A stretch of DNA of 63,018 nucleotides, the filler included. It is 6 parts of 6 records of this genome, joined end to end, with 100 filler letters (N's around TTAATTAATTAA, not from the genome) between each part and the next. Parts side by side here need not be neighbours in the genome. Positions count along the whole stretch, not along the records: positions 1 to 5,231 come from DRR723986_2384; positions 5,332 to 16,613 come from DRR723986_2385; 4 more parts are not named here. One strand, 5' to 3'. A program made the position numbers and the translations under genes. The notes under the pieces were generated by a model, which saw only the letters and a program-made list of their open reading frames with translations, was not told where the DNA came from and did not search any database. Of the stretch, positions 1-10,135 are shown one piece after another (position 1 is the first letter of the stretch; each line of letters starts with the position of its first letter).

Positions 1-591
1 GTGCCGATGTATTTCGTCTACCGCGACGGGAATTACATCAACGCCCTCGGTCAGTCCTTCCGCGATTTCCTGAAGGGTGAGCTGCCGGCGCTGCCCGGCG
101 AAACGCCCACGCTTTCCGATTGGGCCGACCACCTGACGACGGTATTCCCAGAGGCACGGATCAAGAAATTCATTGAGATGCGCGGCGCAGACGGCGGCCC
201 ATGGCGCAGGCTGTGCGCACTGCCTGCCTTCTGGGTGGGGTTGCTCTATGACCAGACGGCGCTGGATGCGGCTTGGGATCTGGTCAAGGGTTGGGACGCT
301 GAAACGCGCGAAGAGATGCGCGTGGCGGCGTCTGTCGAAGGACTTCAGGCCAGTGTGAACGGCATCAGCATGCACGATCTGGCGCGTGAGGCGGTGGCGA
401 TCTCCGAGGCCGGGCTCAAGGCCCGCGCGCGTCCCGGCGCAGGCGGCATGGTGCCCGATGAGACCCATTTCCTGAATGCTCTGAAGGAAAGCATTGAGAC
501 GGGCCACGTGCCAGCAGATGAGCTGCTGGATCACTACAATGGCGATTGGAACGGTGATCTGACGCGGATCTATTCCGGATTTAGCTACTGA
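1..591 (+). CDS. gshA: Glutamate--cysteine ligase (GCS2 family), 5'-truncated
   Basis: Motifs PMYFVYRDG, DWADHLTTVFPEARIKKFIEMRGADGG, LCALPAFWVGLLYD; the ORF is open at the window edge. Confidence 0.92.
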   Translation: MPMYFVYRDGNYINALGQSFRDFLKGELPALPGETPTLSDWADHLTTVFPEARIKKFIEMRGADGGPWRRLCALPAFWVGLLYDQTALDAAWDLVKGWDAETREEMRVAASVEGLQASVNGISMHDLAREAVAISEAGLKARARPGAGGMVPDETHFLNALKESIETGHVPADELLDHYNGDWNGDLTRIYSGFSY

Positions 592-594
592 CGT

Positions 595-1284
595 TCAGAC
601 CCCGCGCGCTTGCTTGTTCTGCTGAATCTGCGGCAAGACGCGGGACGTGTAGTATTGCTTGAAATCGGCCTGCTGCTGAGCGCGCATGGCGGCCTTGATC
701 TCTGGGTCCAGATCTCCCATCAGGGCAGGGTGATCATTGAGACGACGGCGCGGGCCATGCGGATCGGGGCCATAGCCGTTGCGCCCGTTACTTCCCGGCA
801 GGCATAGCAGCACCAACAGCCAGATCGCGCCGATCAGCGGCACCATGGCAATGAAATACCACCAACCGCTGCGATCCGTGTCATGCAACCGCCGGACCAT
901 GGCGGACAGGCCGGGCATGAACAAAAGCAGAAAATGGGCGGCACTGAAGATCCACAGATTATTCATGAACCCCGCCGGCAGCGTGCCATCCTGCTTGAGT
1001 TGCAGCAAGATTTGCGGATTGGCGAAGAAATAGGACATTGCCCCTGCCGATATCGCGATACCTACCAGAAACTGGAACAAGACGAACCACCAGTATTCCG
1101 ACAACGAGGCGCGGCCCGAGAAGGTGAAGCTTTTGCTGTAGCAGGTCTTGATGGCGCCTAAAAATCCCATGGTGTCCTCTGGATCACGAGTCTGTCTGTG
1201 TCTCGTTTGGGCACGGGACTGTGGCCGGAGTGGGGCGGCACCGGGTCTGCTCTTGGGCTTTGGTGGAATGGTTTGATCAGACAT
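595..1284 (-). CDS. DUF805 (YhaH/YhaI-like) inner membrane protein
   Basis: FSGRASLSEYWWF, VRRLHDTDRSGWW and N-x-YGPDP signatures; alternative start at 1170 (AGAGGA upstream). Confidence 0.85.
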   Translation of the reverse strand: MSDQTIPPKPKSRPGAAPLRPQSRAQTRHRQTRDPEDTMGFLGAIKTCYSKSFTFSGRASLSEYWWFVLFQFLVGIAISAGAMSYFFANPQILLQLKQDGTLPAGFMNNLWIFSAAHFLLLFMPGLSAMVRRLHDTDRSGWWYFIAMVPLIGAIWLLVLLCLPGSNGRNGYGPDPHGPRRRLNDHPALMGDLDPEIKAAMRAQQQADFKQYYTSRVLPQIQQNKQARGV

Positions 1285-1375
1285 TTTCCAATTAACGCCA
1301 TGGAACTAATGATTGAACCGTTTGCCGGTTTCGGGTCTCTTACAGGCACAGATTAAGGAACAAGGAGATCTGGAA

Positions 1376-1621
1376 ATGCGCGATTTCTTCATTGGTGCGC
1401 TGGACAAATTGATCACGGTTATCGTGGTCCTGATGATCATAGGCGTAATTGGTGCGTCGCTGTTCACGATGTTCAGCGCGCAGGGCGGCTTCCTGCCCGG
1501 CATTGGTATGCTGATTTTCGGCGGGCTTTATGTGGTTCTGATGGGGGGCATGATGTACCTGTTCCTCGGCATCTACCACAACACCAAGCGGACTGCGGAC
1601 GCGCTGGAAAGCCGAGGCTAA
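1376..1621 (+). CDS. Small hypothetical membrane protein (2 TM, 81 aa)
   Basis: AAGGAG RBS before ATG 1376; two hydrophobic segments, ends IYHNTKRTA. Confidence 0.75.
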   Translation: MRDFFIGALDKLITVIVVLMIIGVIGASLFTMFSAQGGFLPGIGMLIFGGLYVVLMGGMMYLFLGIYHNTKRTADALESRG

Positions 1622-1623
1622 GC

Positions 1624-1911
1624 CTATCTGGCGCCGCCCTTGCCATAATAAGGGGCGGCGTCGATCCTTAGGTCGAGAATGAAGGCGATCACTTTGGTCT
1701 CTGGCATCTCGCAGGGGCGCAACAACGCACCGGACCGGGTGCGATAGAGGTTGAGGCTGATATAGTCGGATCCGCCCAGTTCTTCGGCCACCAGCTTCTG
1801 GCTAGCATCACCGGCAAAGCCCGACTTTACCACCACATAGCGGCGATCATGCGCGGTGCCGGTGAAGGCGCCGAAAGGTAGGGCATCGAAGGCATCCAGG
1901 AAATCCTGCAA
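1624..1911 (-). CDS. Small hypothetical protein with EELGG..YISLNLY..PCEMP motif
   Basis: 95-aa ORF (TTG start) directly downstream of plsY on the same strand. Confidence 0.65.
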   Translation of the reverse strand: MQDFLDAFDALPFGAFTGTAHDRRYVVVKSGFAGDASQKLVAEELGGSDYISLNLYRTRSGALLRPCEMPETKVIAFILDLRIDAAPYYGKGGAR

Positions 1912-1914
1912 GGA

Positions 1915-2526
1915 TCAGCCCTTGCGACCGATCCGGGGTTCCTCACCCGCAATCAGCCGTTTGATATTGGCGTCGTGGCGCATGAAGATCAGTGCCGCCA
2001 GCAGCGCCGTGACCACCCCCGCAGACGGCATTCCAAGGACGCTGACCCAGACCGGCGACAGGGCAGCGGCAACCAGTGCGGAAAGCGAGGAGATGCGGAA
2101 GATGCCCGCGACCAGTGCCCATGTCAGGCAAGCCGCGATGCCCGCAGGCCAGAACAGCGCCAGCAAGGTGCCAAGAAATGTCGCCACCCCCTTACCGCCC
2201 TTGAAGCCCAGAAAGATGGGGAAGCAATGGCCCAGAAAGGCGGCGAAGCCCGCGAGCTGCGCGGCGTCTTCCGCCAACACATAGCGCGCGACCAGCACCG
2301 CGATGCCGCCCTTTCCGGCATCAAGCAGCAATGTCAGCGCGGCGGCGGGCTTGTTTCCGGTGCGCAGCACGTTAGTGGCCCCGATATTACCCGACCCGAT
2401 CTGCCGAATATCACCAAGTCCGAACACCCGCGCCATCACAAGGCCGAAGGGCACGGACCCAAGCAGGTAGGCCAGCATTGCGGTGGCGGCCAAAAGGGCG
2501 GCAGAGGTCTCGATGACTGGCAGCAT
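1915..2526 (-). CDS. plsY: Glycerol-3-phosphate acyltransferase PlsY
   Basis: YLLGSVPFG, GSGNIGATNVLR, GHCFPIF..FKGGKGVAT, RH..NI.RL motifs. Confidence 0.96.
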   Translation of the reverse strand: MLPVIETSAALLAATAMLAYLLGSVPFGLVMARVFGLGDIRQIGSGNIGATNVLRTGNKPAAALTLLLDAGKGGIAVLVARYVLAEDAAQLAGFAAFLGHCFPIFLGFKGGKGVATFLGTLLALFWPAGIAACLTWALVAGIFRISSLSALVAAALSPVWVSVLGMPSAGVVTALLAALIFMRHDANIKRLIAGEEPRIGRKG

Positions 2527-3806
2527 CAGGCGGTCCTTTCAAAGACAGGTGCGCCCGCGACGAGCGTCATCAGCACCTTGCCCTCCATCCGCATTCCGTC
2601 AAAGGGGGTATTTTTCGACTTCGAGTGCAGCGTGAACCGGTCCATCACGAAGGGTGCATTCGGATCGAACAGAACCAGGTCCGCAGGCGCGCCCTCGGCC
2701 AGCGTACCGGTATCGAGACCAAGCCGCCGCGCCGGGTTCAGCGCCATCGCGCGGAACAACTGCGGCAAGGTCAATTGCCCGGCGTGGTAAAGCCGCATGG
2801 CGGCGGGCAGCAGGGTTTCCAGTGCCACGGCGCCCGAGGCCGCGACCTCGAACGGCAGGCGCTTCGATTCTTCGTCCTGCGGGGTATGCATGGAACTGAC
2901 AATATCGATCGTGCCATCGGCCACGGCCTCAACCATGGCCAGCCGGTCATCCTCGGCTCGAAGCGGCGGCTTGACCTTGAAGAAGGTGCGATAGTCGCCC
3001 ACGTCGAATTCATTCAGCGTCAGGTGGTGGATGGACACACCCGCCGTCACGTCCAACCCATCCGCCTTGGCGCGCGAAAGCGCCGGCAGCGCAATTGCCG
3101 TGGTGATCTGATCGGCGTGATAGCGGGCGCGGGTCATCTCGACCAGTGCAAGGTCTCGTTCCAGTCCGATCCGTTCGGCCATGGGCGACACAGCGGGCAG
3201 CCCCTTCAACGACGCGAATTTGCCGGAGGTCACAGCCGCCCCGCCGCTGAGCCCCGGATCTTGCGGATGCATGATGATCAGCGCCCCAAGGCTGCGCGCA
3301 TAGGTCATCGCACGGGTCAGAACCTTGGTATCGGTCACCACATGATCGCAATCGGTGAAGGCGGCAGCGCCTGCATCCAGCAGAAACCCGATCTCGGTCA
3401 TCTCGCGCCCGGCGCGGGCCTTGGTCAGCGCGGCCATCGGCAACATGCGAACGGGGCTGACCTGTTCGCCCCGGCGCTTGACGAATTCCAGCGCCTCGGG
3501 CGTGTCGATGGGGGGCGTGGTGTCGGGCCGAGTAACCATTGTGGTAACCCCGCCCGCCGCCGCAGCAGCGCCAGCGGTGCGGATGCTTTCCTTGTGCCGT
3601 TCGCCTGGTTCGCAGGTCTTTACACCGATGTCGACAATGCCGGGGCCAAGGCATTTGCCGTCTGCGTCGATGACCCGGCCTTCAACCGATGGGGCAGGGC
3701 CGGTGCCGCGCCCTGCAATCAGACCGTCACGGACCAGCAGCCAGCCGGTGGCGTCAGACTGCGCCTCTGGGTCGATCAGGCGGGCGTTTGTGAACAGGAT
3801 GGTCAT
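2526..3806 (-). CDS. pyrC: Dihydroorotase-family protein (probably non-catalytic PyrC'-type)
   Basis: Amidohydrolase fold motifs (AAAGGVTT, KVKPPLR, SKSKNTPFDG), downstream of pyrB; metal-binding HxH is replaced by GVK. Confidence 0.85.
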   Translation of the reverse strand: MTILFTNARLIDPEAQSDATGWLLVRDGLIAGRGTGPAPSVEGRVIDADGKCLGPGIVDIGVKTCEPGERHKESIRTAGAAAAAGGVTTMVTRPDTTPPIDTPEALEFVKRRGEQVSPVRMLPMAALTKARAGREMTEIGFLLDAGAAAFTDCDHVVTDTKVLTRAMTYARSLGALIIMHPQDPGLSGGAAVTSGKFASLKGLPAVSPMAERIGLERDLALVEMTRARYHADQITTAIALPALSRAKADGLDVTAGVSIHHLTLNEFDVGDYRTFFKVKPPLRAEDDRLAMVEAVADGTIDIVSSMHTPQDEESKRLPFEVAASGAVALETLLPAAMRLYHAGQLTLPQLFRAMALNPARRLGLDTGTLAEGAPADLVLFDPNAPFVMDRFTLHSKSKNTPFDGMRMEGKVLMTLVAGAPVFERTA

Positions 3807-4378
3807 GCGTTGCTCTCTCTCAGTTCACGCCGTGCCTTGCGCATCAGGCTGTAAACCCGCTGCGAGTCGTCGATCTGGTGGAAGCCCAGAAACCGGATCG
3901 GCGTGCCGTTGTTACCATGGCGCACGCCCGCGCCGCCCTTCATGTGAAAGATGACCGAACCAGGGTCGCCCTCTTCCCAGACGATGCGGTCCATGTCCTG
4001 CAAGGGCCAGCTTTCCAGCGTCTTCTTGCCGAAGGCATTGCGGGCGATGAAGGCGGTCTGGCTGGTCAGCGTGTACCATGTGCGCCCGCGCAACCACGCG
4101 TCCATCACCAGCCGTCCACCAAGCATCCACAGCCCGACAGCAAGGAAAGGCAGGCCGAAGAGCGGGAAGAAATTGAACGGAAACGGCGCGTCGGTGCCTG
4201 CGGTCATGGCGAAGGCCATGCCGATCCAGAACAGCGAAAAGCCGGTGAAGAAAACGCCCATCAGGGTCAAAGGGTTGATCAGTCCGCGCCAGTTGATGGT
4301 CGCGTGAGGTTGTCCCTGCCAGAGGATTTCCTCATCCGGGGCAAGAATTCCTTGCCAGCTGTCCGCCGGGGCGCTCAT
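3803..4378 (-). CDS. Membrane protein with bacterial PH-like domain
   Basis: EEILWQGQP start, two TM helices, then T-W-Y-T-L-T; ATGA overlaps with both neighbours. Confidence 0.7.
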   Translation of the reverse strand: MSAPADSWQGILAPDEEILWQGQPHATINWRGLINPLTLMGVFFTGFSLFWIGMAFAMTAGTDAPFPFNFFPLFGLPFLAVGLWMLGGRLVMDAWLRGRTWYTLTSQTAFIARNAFGKKTLESWPLQDMDRIVWEEGDPGSVIFHMKGGAGVRHGNNGTPIRFLGFHQIDDSQRVYSLMRKARRELRESNA

Positions 4379-4779
4379 GCAGTGTTTCCTGCGCGGGCCA
4401 TGGCGGCCTCGATCTCGGCCACCAAGCGGGGGCGGTCGGCCATGTATTTCATCAGGTGCTTGTCGCCGGTGCGGGTGATGATCTGCACCGCGCTGCCAAG
4501 GCTGCGCAGCTTGTCGATATCAACCAGCCGGACATGGCGGTTGTCAGGGCCGGACAGGTCGGTTGCGGTCAGCACCCATTCGGCATTGGCCTCGTCCGAG
4601 GCAAGGTAAAAGGCCCGCACCGCAACCGCGAAGAGCCCGCCAACCGCGCCGGTCCAGACATGCGGATTGTCCATGATCCAAAGGACGCCCATGCCAAGCG
4701 CCATGGCAACGGCCGCGATCCAGGCATGTTCGCGCCAATAGGTCATGCGGTCGGCGCGGAAGATGGTGGGGTCAGACAT
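4375..4779 (-). CDS. Hypothetical membrane protein (2 TM plus possible PH-like domain)
   Basis: GAGGA RBS before ATG 4779; overlaps the pyrB stop; two N-terminal hydrophobic helices. Confidence 0.7.
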   Translation of the reverse strand: MSDPTIFRADRMTYWREHAWIAAVAMALGMGVLWIMDNPHVWTGAVGGLFAVAVRAFYLASDEANAEWVLTATDLSGPDNRHVRLVDIDKLRSLGSAVQIITRTGDKHLMKYMADRPRLVAEIEAAMARAGNTA

Positions 4780-5231
4780 GGGCATCCTCGCGCTCGGCCT
4801 TCAGGTTTCGCGCCAGCAGGTCCATCGCCGCCATGCGCACGGCGACGCCCATTTCAACCTGTTCCTGAATGACGGACCGGTTGATGTCGTCGGCGATGGT
4901 GCCGTCGATCTCCACGCCGCGGTTCATGGGCCCTGGATGCATGACGATGGCGTCGGCCTTGGCGTGCGACAGTTTCTCGGCGTCGAGCCCGAAGCGGTGG
5001 TAGTATTCGCGTTCAGACGGGATAAAGCCGCCGTCCATCCGTTCCCTTTGAAGTCGCAGCATCATAACCACGTCGGCACCGGCCAGCCCTTGACGCATGT
5101 CCTCATAGATCTCGACACCCCAGTCGGAGGCACCTGATGGGATCAGGGTGGGCGGGCCGACCAGCTTGACCCGGTTTTCCATCTTGCCGAGCAAAAGGAT
5201 GTTCGAGCGCGCCACGCGGCTATGGGCGATA
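4772..5231 (-). CDS. pyrB: Aspartate carbamoyltransferase catalytic subunit, 5'-truncated by contig end
   Basis: [42 protein letters not shown]. Confidence 0.96.
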
Positions 5232-5331
5232 NNNNNNNNNNNNNNNNNNNNNNNNNNNNNNNNNNNNNNNNNNNNTTAATTAATTAANNNNNNNNNNNNN
5301 NNNNNNNNNNNNNNNNNNNNNNNNNNNNNNN
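5232..5331. other. Artificial contig-joining spacer
   Basis: 44 N + TTAATTAATTAA + 44 N; genes truncated on both sides. Confidence 0.98.
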
Positions 5332-6552
5332 CCGCCCGCCCGAACCCCAGCGGCCCAAACCACAGCGGTCGAGCCCGCGGCCTCGATCCGGGTGCCGGCC
5401 ACGCGGCTGGATATGCTGATGGATTCCGTGGGCGAATTGGTAACTGTCGAGGCGCGGTTGACAGAACTGGCGCGCCGCAGCCGTGACCCGGCCTTGATGG
5501 CCACCTCAGAAGAGGTCAGCCGCCTGGCCGGGCGCCTGCGCGATGCCACCATGTCGATGCGTATGGTGCCGCTGCGCAGCCTTGTGGCGCGCTTTCGCCG
5601 GCTGATTTTGGGCCTGTCCGATGATCTGGGCAAGCCGGTCGATTTTGTGGTTCTGGGCGAGGATACCGAGCTGGACAAAACCATGATCGAGAAAATGGCC
5701 GATCCCTTGGTGCATATTCTGCGCAATGCCATCGATCATGGGCTGGAGGCCCCCGATGCCCGGCGCGCCACGCAAAAGCCGGCCCGTGGGCGTATTGAAC
5801 TGTCTGCCGAACATGCCGGCGCCGAGGTGCTGGTGCGGGTGCGCGATGATGGCAAAGGCATCAACCCCGAGATCGTGCGCGCCAAAGCCATCGAACGCGG
5901 GCTGATCACCGCCGAGGCGCAGCTGAGCGATGCACAGATTTTCCAGCTGGTGCTCGAGCCGGGGTTTTCCACGGCCGAAACCGTGACCGAACTATCCGGG
6001 CGCGGTGTGGGCATGGATGTGGTGCGCCGCACCATCGACGGGCTGCGCGGCACGATCGATATCGACAGCACGCCGGGGCAGGGCACCACCGTAACCCTGC
6101 GCTTGCCGCTGACATTGGCCATCATCGAGGGGCTGCTCATCGAGGTGGCGGGCGAGCTTTACACCGTGCCCATGGCGGCGGTGAAAGAGATCATCGCCCT
6201 GCCGCGCGAAAAAGAGCAGTTTTCCCAAAGCGCCGATTATCTGGATATCCGCGGCCAATTCGTGCCTTTCGTCCGCCTGCGCCACCTGTTTGGCTGCGAT
6301 GGGGCCAGCCCCATCAGCCAAAATGTGGTGGTTGTGGAAAACGCCGATACCCGCATGGGCGTGGTGGTGGATCGCATCATTGGCACCAACCAGACCGTGA
6401 TCAAACAAATATCGAAATTGCAGGCAGGCGCGCGCGAAATTTCCGGCGCCACGATTTTGGGCGATGGCTCGGTCTCGTTGATCATCGACGTGCCGCAGCT
6501 GGTGGCCAGCGTCAGCCGCAGCCTGCCCCAGCGCAAAGAGGCCGCCGCATGA
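5332..6552 (+). CDS. cheA: Chemotaxis histidine kinase CheA (P3-P4-P5 domains), 5'-truncated
   Basis: SIRVPATRLD, HILRNAIDHGLE, DDGKGI, PGFSTA..SGRGVGMDVV, ISGATILGDG. Confidence 0.96.
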   Translation, partial: PPARTPAAQTTAVEPAASIRVPATRLDMLMDSVGELVTVEARLTELARRSRDPALMATSEEVSRLAGRLRDATMSMRMVPLRSLVARFRRLILGLSDDLGKPVDFVVLGEDTELDKTMIEKMADPLVHILRNAIDHGLEAPDARRATQKPARGRIELSAEHAGAEVLVRVRDDGKGINPEIVRAKAIERGLITAEAQLSDAQIFQLVLEPGFSTAETVTELSGRGVGMDVVRRTIDGLRGTIDIDSTPGQGTTVTLRLPLTLAIIEGLLIEVAGELYTVPMAAVKEIIALPREKEQFSQSADYLDIRGQFVPFVRLRHLFGCDGASPISQNVVVVENADTRMGVVVDRIIGTNQTVIKQISKLQAGAREISGATILGDGSVSLIIDVPQLVASVSRSLPQRKEAAA

Positions 6553-7043
6553 GCACCCCATCGCCCGAGCTGCACGAACACAGCACGCTGACTGCGTTAA
6601 CCTTTACCATTGGCAGTGTGCGCCTGGCCGTGCCTGCCTCGGACCTGCAAGAAATCATGGATCCGCTGCCCATCACCCGGGTGCCGGGCGCCAGCAGCTT
6701 TGCGCCCGCGGTGCTGAATGTGCGCGGGGGCGTGCTGCCATTGGCCGATTTGCGCATTCCGCTGGGCATCGCCCCCACGGGCCCCACCCAGCCCGAAAGC
6801 GTCCGCTTTCTGGTGCTAGAGGTGGGCATGGGCGCCGAACCTGCCACGGTGGTGATCACCGCCGATATGGTGCACGAGGTGATGAGCATTCCAATGGCGC
6901 AGATCGTGCCGTTGCCTGCCACCTCGGGTTGGCCCCCTGAATTTATGCGCGGCATTTTCCGCATCGCTGATGAAAGCTTTGTGCTGCTGCCCGACCTTTC
7001 CGCAATTTTTACCACCATGGCGCAGCGCGCCGTGCATGCCTGA
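6549..7043 (+). CDS. cheW: Chemotaxis scaffold CheW
   Basis: [26 protein letters not shown] overlap with cheA. Confidence 0.88.
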   Translation: MSTPSPELHEHSTLTALTFTIGSVRLAVPASDLQEIMDPLPITRVPGASSFAPAVLNVRGGVLPLADLRIPLGIAPTGPTQPESVRFLVLEVGMGAEPATVVITADMVHEVMSIPMAQIVPLPATSGWPPEFMRGIFRIADESFVLLPDLSAIFTTMAQRAVHA

Positions 7044-7060
7044 ACCAAGGAACCCCTCTT

Positions 7061-8773
7061 ATGCGTTTGACCATCAAAACCAAACTGGCCCTGACCTTTT
7101 TGTCGATTTTTATTCTCTGCGGTGCGGCCATCTTTTTGGCTGTGCGCGGGTTGGATAATACCGGCAAAGCCTTTGGCAAAACTGTCGAGGTGGATGTGCC
7201 CGAATTGCACCTGATCAACAATTTGATCGAGCGTAAAATGCGTGTGCGCACCACTGTGGCGGAATTGCTGATTACCCTGCCAGATGCCCCCGCCGACCAT
7301 ATCGCCAAATTGCAACAGCGCCTGACGGGGCTGGTTGGGCAGGTAGACGAGGGCATAGCCCTGCTGCGCCCCTATGTCAAAGGCGAGGTGGCAACCCTGC
7401 TTGATGAATTCGTGCGCCTGCATGAAATCGCAGCACCCATGGCGCTTGGGATTGTTGGGCAAAAATTAAACGGCAACGAAGATGCCGCCGCGCGCGCCTT
7501 TCATACCGATCACCTGCAGGTCAGCGAAGACATCTACAGCAACCTCGATCAGATGAAAGCCACGATCGAAAATGATCTTTCCGCGCGTTTGAGCGAAACA
7601 CAGGAAACAATCGCCAGTTCGCGAATGAATTTGCTGCTGCTGTCGGCGGTGGCGCTGCTGGTGGGTTTGATTTCTACCGTCATCATCGTGCGCAGCCTGT
7701 CGGTGCGCTTGTCGGCGCTGGTGCGTGTGACCACCGATGTGGCGGGCGGCGATTTGCGCGCCAATATTCAGGCCGATAGCAGCGATGAGATCGGCGAATT
7801 GCAAGGCGCGTTGCGCGATATGGTGCAGCGCCTGCGTGCGATGGTCACAGATGTGAATGCCTCGGTGCGCAGCGTGAATGCGGGGGCGGGCCAAATGGCG
7901 CAGACCTCGGAAGAGCTGTCACAGGGGGCCACCGAACAGGCCTCATCGACCGAAGAGGCCTCGGCCGCGGTGGAACAGATGGCCGCCAATATCAAGCAAA
8001 GCGCCGATAACGCAGCGGTTACAGAAGAAATGGCTACCAAATCAGCCACCGATGCCCGCGCCAGCGGCAAGGCGGTGAACGAGGCCGTGGCTGCCATGCA
8101 AACCATTGCCGAGCGCATTATGATCGTGCAGGAAATCGCGCGCCAAACCGATTTGCTGGCGCTGAACGCGGCGGTCGAGGCGGCCCGCGCAGGCGAACAT
8201 GGCCGCGGCTTTGCCGTGGTGGCCGCCGAAGTGCGCAAACTGGCCGAGCGCAGCCAAACTGCGGCGGCTGAAATTTCCGCGCTGTCGGCCAGCACGGTGA
8301 AAACCGCCACCAGCGCAGGCGAAATGCTGGAAGGCTTGGTGCCCGATATCGAACGCACCTCGGCCTTGGTGACAGAAATCAGCGTGGCCTCGCGCGAATT
8401 GGCCACGGGCTCGGCCCAGATCAACCTGTCGATCCAGCAGCTTGACCGCGTGACCCAGGCCAATACTTCGGCCTCGGAAGAGCTGTCGTCCAGCGCCAAT
8501 GAACTGGCCGATCTGTCGCGCGAGCTGTCGCATACGATGGCGTTTTTCAAGCTGGATGGCCAGGCGCCCGCTGAAACCCCCAGCCTGGCCCCCGCAGCGC
8601 CAATGGCAAACCCCTTTGCCAAACCCCGCGCCAAGGCGGGTGCAGCTGCGCCCAAACTGGCCACCTCGGGCGGGCGTGCCAAACCGCGCGATATGGCCGA
8701 TGGCGGGTTTTCCTTCGATCTGGGCGAAGGCGATACGCTGGACCGGCAGTTTGAACGTGCCAATGTGGCCTAA
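7061..8773 (+). CDS. Methyl-accepting chemotaxis protein (TM, periplasmic helical sensor, TM, HAMP, signalling domain)
   Basis: [40 protein letters not shown] hairpin tip; HAMP DEIGEL; two TM segments. Confidence 0.95.
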   Translation: MRLTIKTKLALTFLSIFILCGAAIFLAVRGLDNTGKAFGKTVEVDVPELHLINNLIERKMRVRTTVAELLITLPDAPADHIAKLQQRLTGLVGQVDEGIALLRPYVKGEVATLLDEFVRLHEIAAPMALGIVGQKLNGNEDAAARAFHTDHLQVSEDIYSNLDQMKATIENDLSARLSETQETIASSRMNLLLLSAVALLVGLISTVIIVRSLSVRLSALVRVTTDVAGGDLRANIQADSSDEIGELQGALRDMVQRLRAMVTDVNASVRSVNAGAGQMAQTSEELSQGATEQASSTEEASAAVEQMAANIKQSADNAAVTEEMATKSATDARASGKAVNEAVAAMQTIAERIMIVQEIARQTDLLALNAAVEAARAGEHGRGFAVVAAEVRKLAERSQTAAAEISALSASTVKTATSAGEMLEGLVPDIERTSALVTEISVASRELATGSAQINLSIQQLDRVTQANTSASEELSSSANELADLSRELSHTMAFFKLDGQAPAETPSLAPAAPMANPFAKPRAKAGAAAPKLATSGGRAKPRDMADGGFSFDLGEGDTLDRQFERANVA

Positions 8774-8788
8774 GCCGGGGATTTGCCT

Positions 8789-9289
8789 GTGAACGAGTGT
8801 CACGAAATCGTCTCTTTCACCATCGACCGGGCCACCTATGGTGTTCCGGTCGGCCGGGTGCGGGAAATTCTCGATATCTGTCCGGTCTCGCCGGTGCCGC
8901 GTGCGCCCGATTACGTGATGGGGCTGATTGATGTGCGCGGCGAGAATATCCCGGTGATCGACATGCGCAGCCTGCTGCGCCTGCCTGCCGCCGAAGATAC
9001 GCCGCAAACCCGGTTTTTGGTGGCGCAGATGCACCAGCACGGCAAAGACTGCGTGCTGGGCATCCGCACCGACCGCGTGATCGAGGTGGCGCGTCTGGAT
9101 GACGACACGCTGCGCCCCATGGCCGAGGCCGAATTGCTGGGCTGGAGCGGTGCCGCCGTGGGCGCGATTGGCCGCCGCAACGGTGAAATCATCAGCATTC
9201 TCGATCTGGATAACCTTTTTGCCGAGGTGCCCAATGCCGTTCTGGCGCAGCAGGCCGGGGCGCCAGACGATACCCAAGGGGTGCAATAG
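8789..9289 (+). CDS. cheW: Chemotaxis scaffold CheW (second copy)
   Basis: VREIL..VPRAPDYVMGLIDVRGENIPVIDMR; GTG start with GGGGA RBS. Confidence 0.92.
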   Translation: MNECHEIVSFTIDRATYGVPVGRVREILDICPVSPVPRAPDYVMGLIDVRGENIPVIDMRSLLRLPAAEDTPQTRFLVAQMHQHGKDCVLGIRTDRVIEVARLDDDTLRPMAEAELLGWSGAAVGAIGRRNGEIISILDLDNLFAEVPNAVLAQQAGAPDDTQGVQ

Positions 9290-9292
9290 CCC

Positions 9293-10135
9293 ATGCCACT
9301 TGCCAAAATTGAAGATGCCAATGCCCGGTTTCGTGCCGCGATCCGGGCATTGACGGGCATTGAATTGCCCGCGCAGAAAATACCAATGATCGAACAGCGC
9401 TTGCGCAAACGGGTGATGCATTGGGGCCATAGCAGCACCGAAAGCTATATGGCAGCACTTTTGGCAGGCGAAATGGATCAGGCAGAACTGGCCCTCGTGG
9501 TGGATTTGATGACCACCAACACCACCAGCTTTTTTCGCGAGGCCGAGCATTTTCAAATCTTGCGCGATGATCTGTTGCCACAGCTTTTGCGCCCGGTGCG
9601 CGGCCAGCGCCCCAGGCTGAAACTATGGAGCGCGGCCAGCTCGGAAGGGGCCGAGGCCTATTCGCTGGCCATGGTGCTGGCCGAGGCCAACCGCCAGGGC
9701 AACCGGTTTGACTGGGCGATTTTGGGCACCGATCTTTCGGGTCGGATGATCGAAAAGGCCACATCGGCCATTTATGCGCCCGACCAGCTGACAGGTATTC
9801 CCGTTGATCTGGCGCGGCGCTATTTGATGCATGCATCCAGCGGGCCCATGGCCGGCAAGCTGCGCATCGTGCCCGAATTGCGCGCCCGCGTGCGGTTTCA
9901 CCAGATGAACCTGATGGACGAGAAATACCCCGTAGATCCCGATGTTCACGTGGTTTTTTTGCGCAACATCTTAATTTATTTCGACGCCCCCACCAAAGCC
10001 GCCGTGATCGAACGGGTCACGCGCCATTTGCGCCCCGGTGGCTATTTGTTTGTGGGTCATTCCGAAAGCATGGTGGTGCGCCACCCCGAGTTGGCACAGA
10101 TCGTGCCTACGGTGTTTCAAAAGGTGTCTGAATGA
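9293..10135 (+). CDS. cheR: Chemotaxis methyltransferase CheR
   Basis: TTNTTSFFRE, WSAASSEGAEAYSLAM, FLRNILIYFD, VGHSES. Confidence 0.95.
   Translation: MPLAKIEDANARFRAAIRALTGIELPAQKIPMIEQRLRKRVMHWGHSSTESYMAALLAGEMDQAELALVVDLMTTNTTSFFREAEHFQILRDDLLPQLLRPVRGQRPRLKLWSAASSEGAEAYSLAMVLAEANRQGNRFDWAILGTDLSGRMIEKATSAIYAPDQLTGIPVDLARRYLMHASSGPMAGKLRIVPELRARVRFHQMNLMDEKYPVDPDVHVVFLRNILIYFDAPTKAAVIERVTRHLRPGGYLFVGHSESMVVRHPELAQIVPTVFQKVSE

Noticed and set aside
6535-6552. CheA C-terminal EAAA as a ClpXP degron
   Set aside because: Adequately explained by the GAGG RBS and ATGA overlap with cheW.
8042-9556. Long antisense or alternate-frame ORFs (also 2625-3854, 17756-19189, 43316-44890, 51030-52100)
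   Set aside because: Shadows of real high-GC genes; no recognisable motifs.
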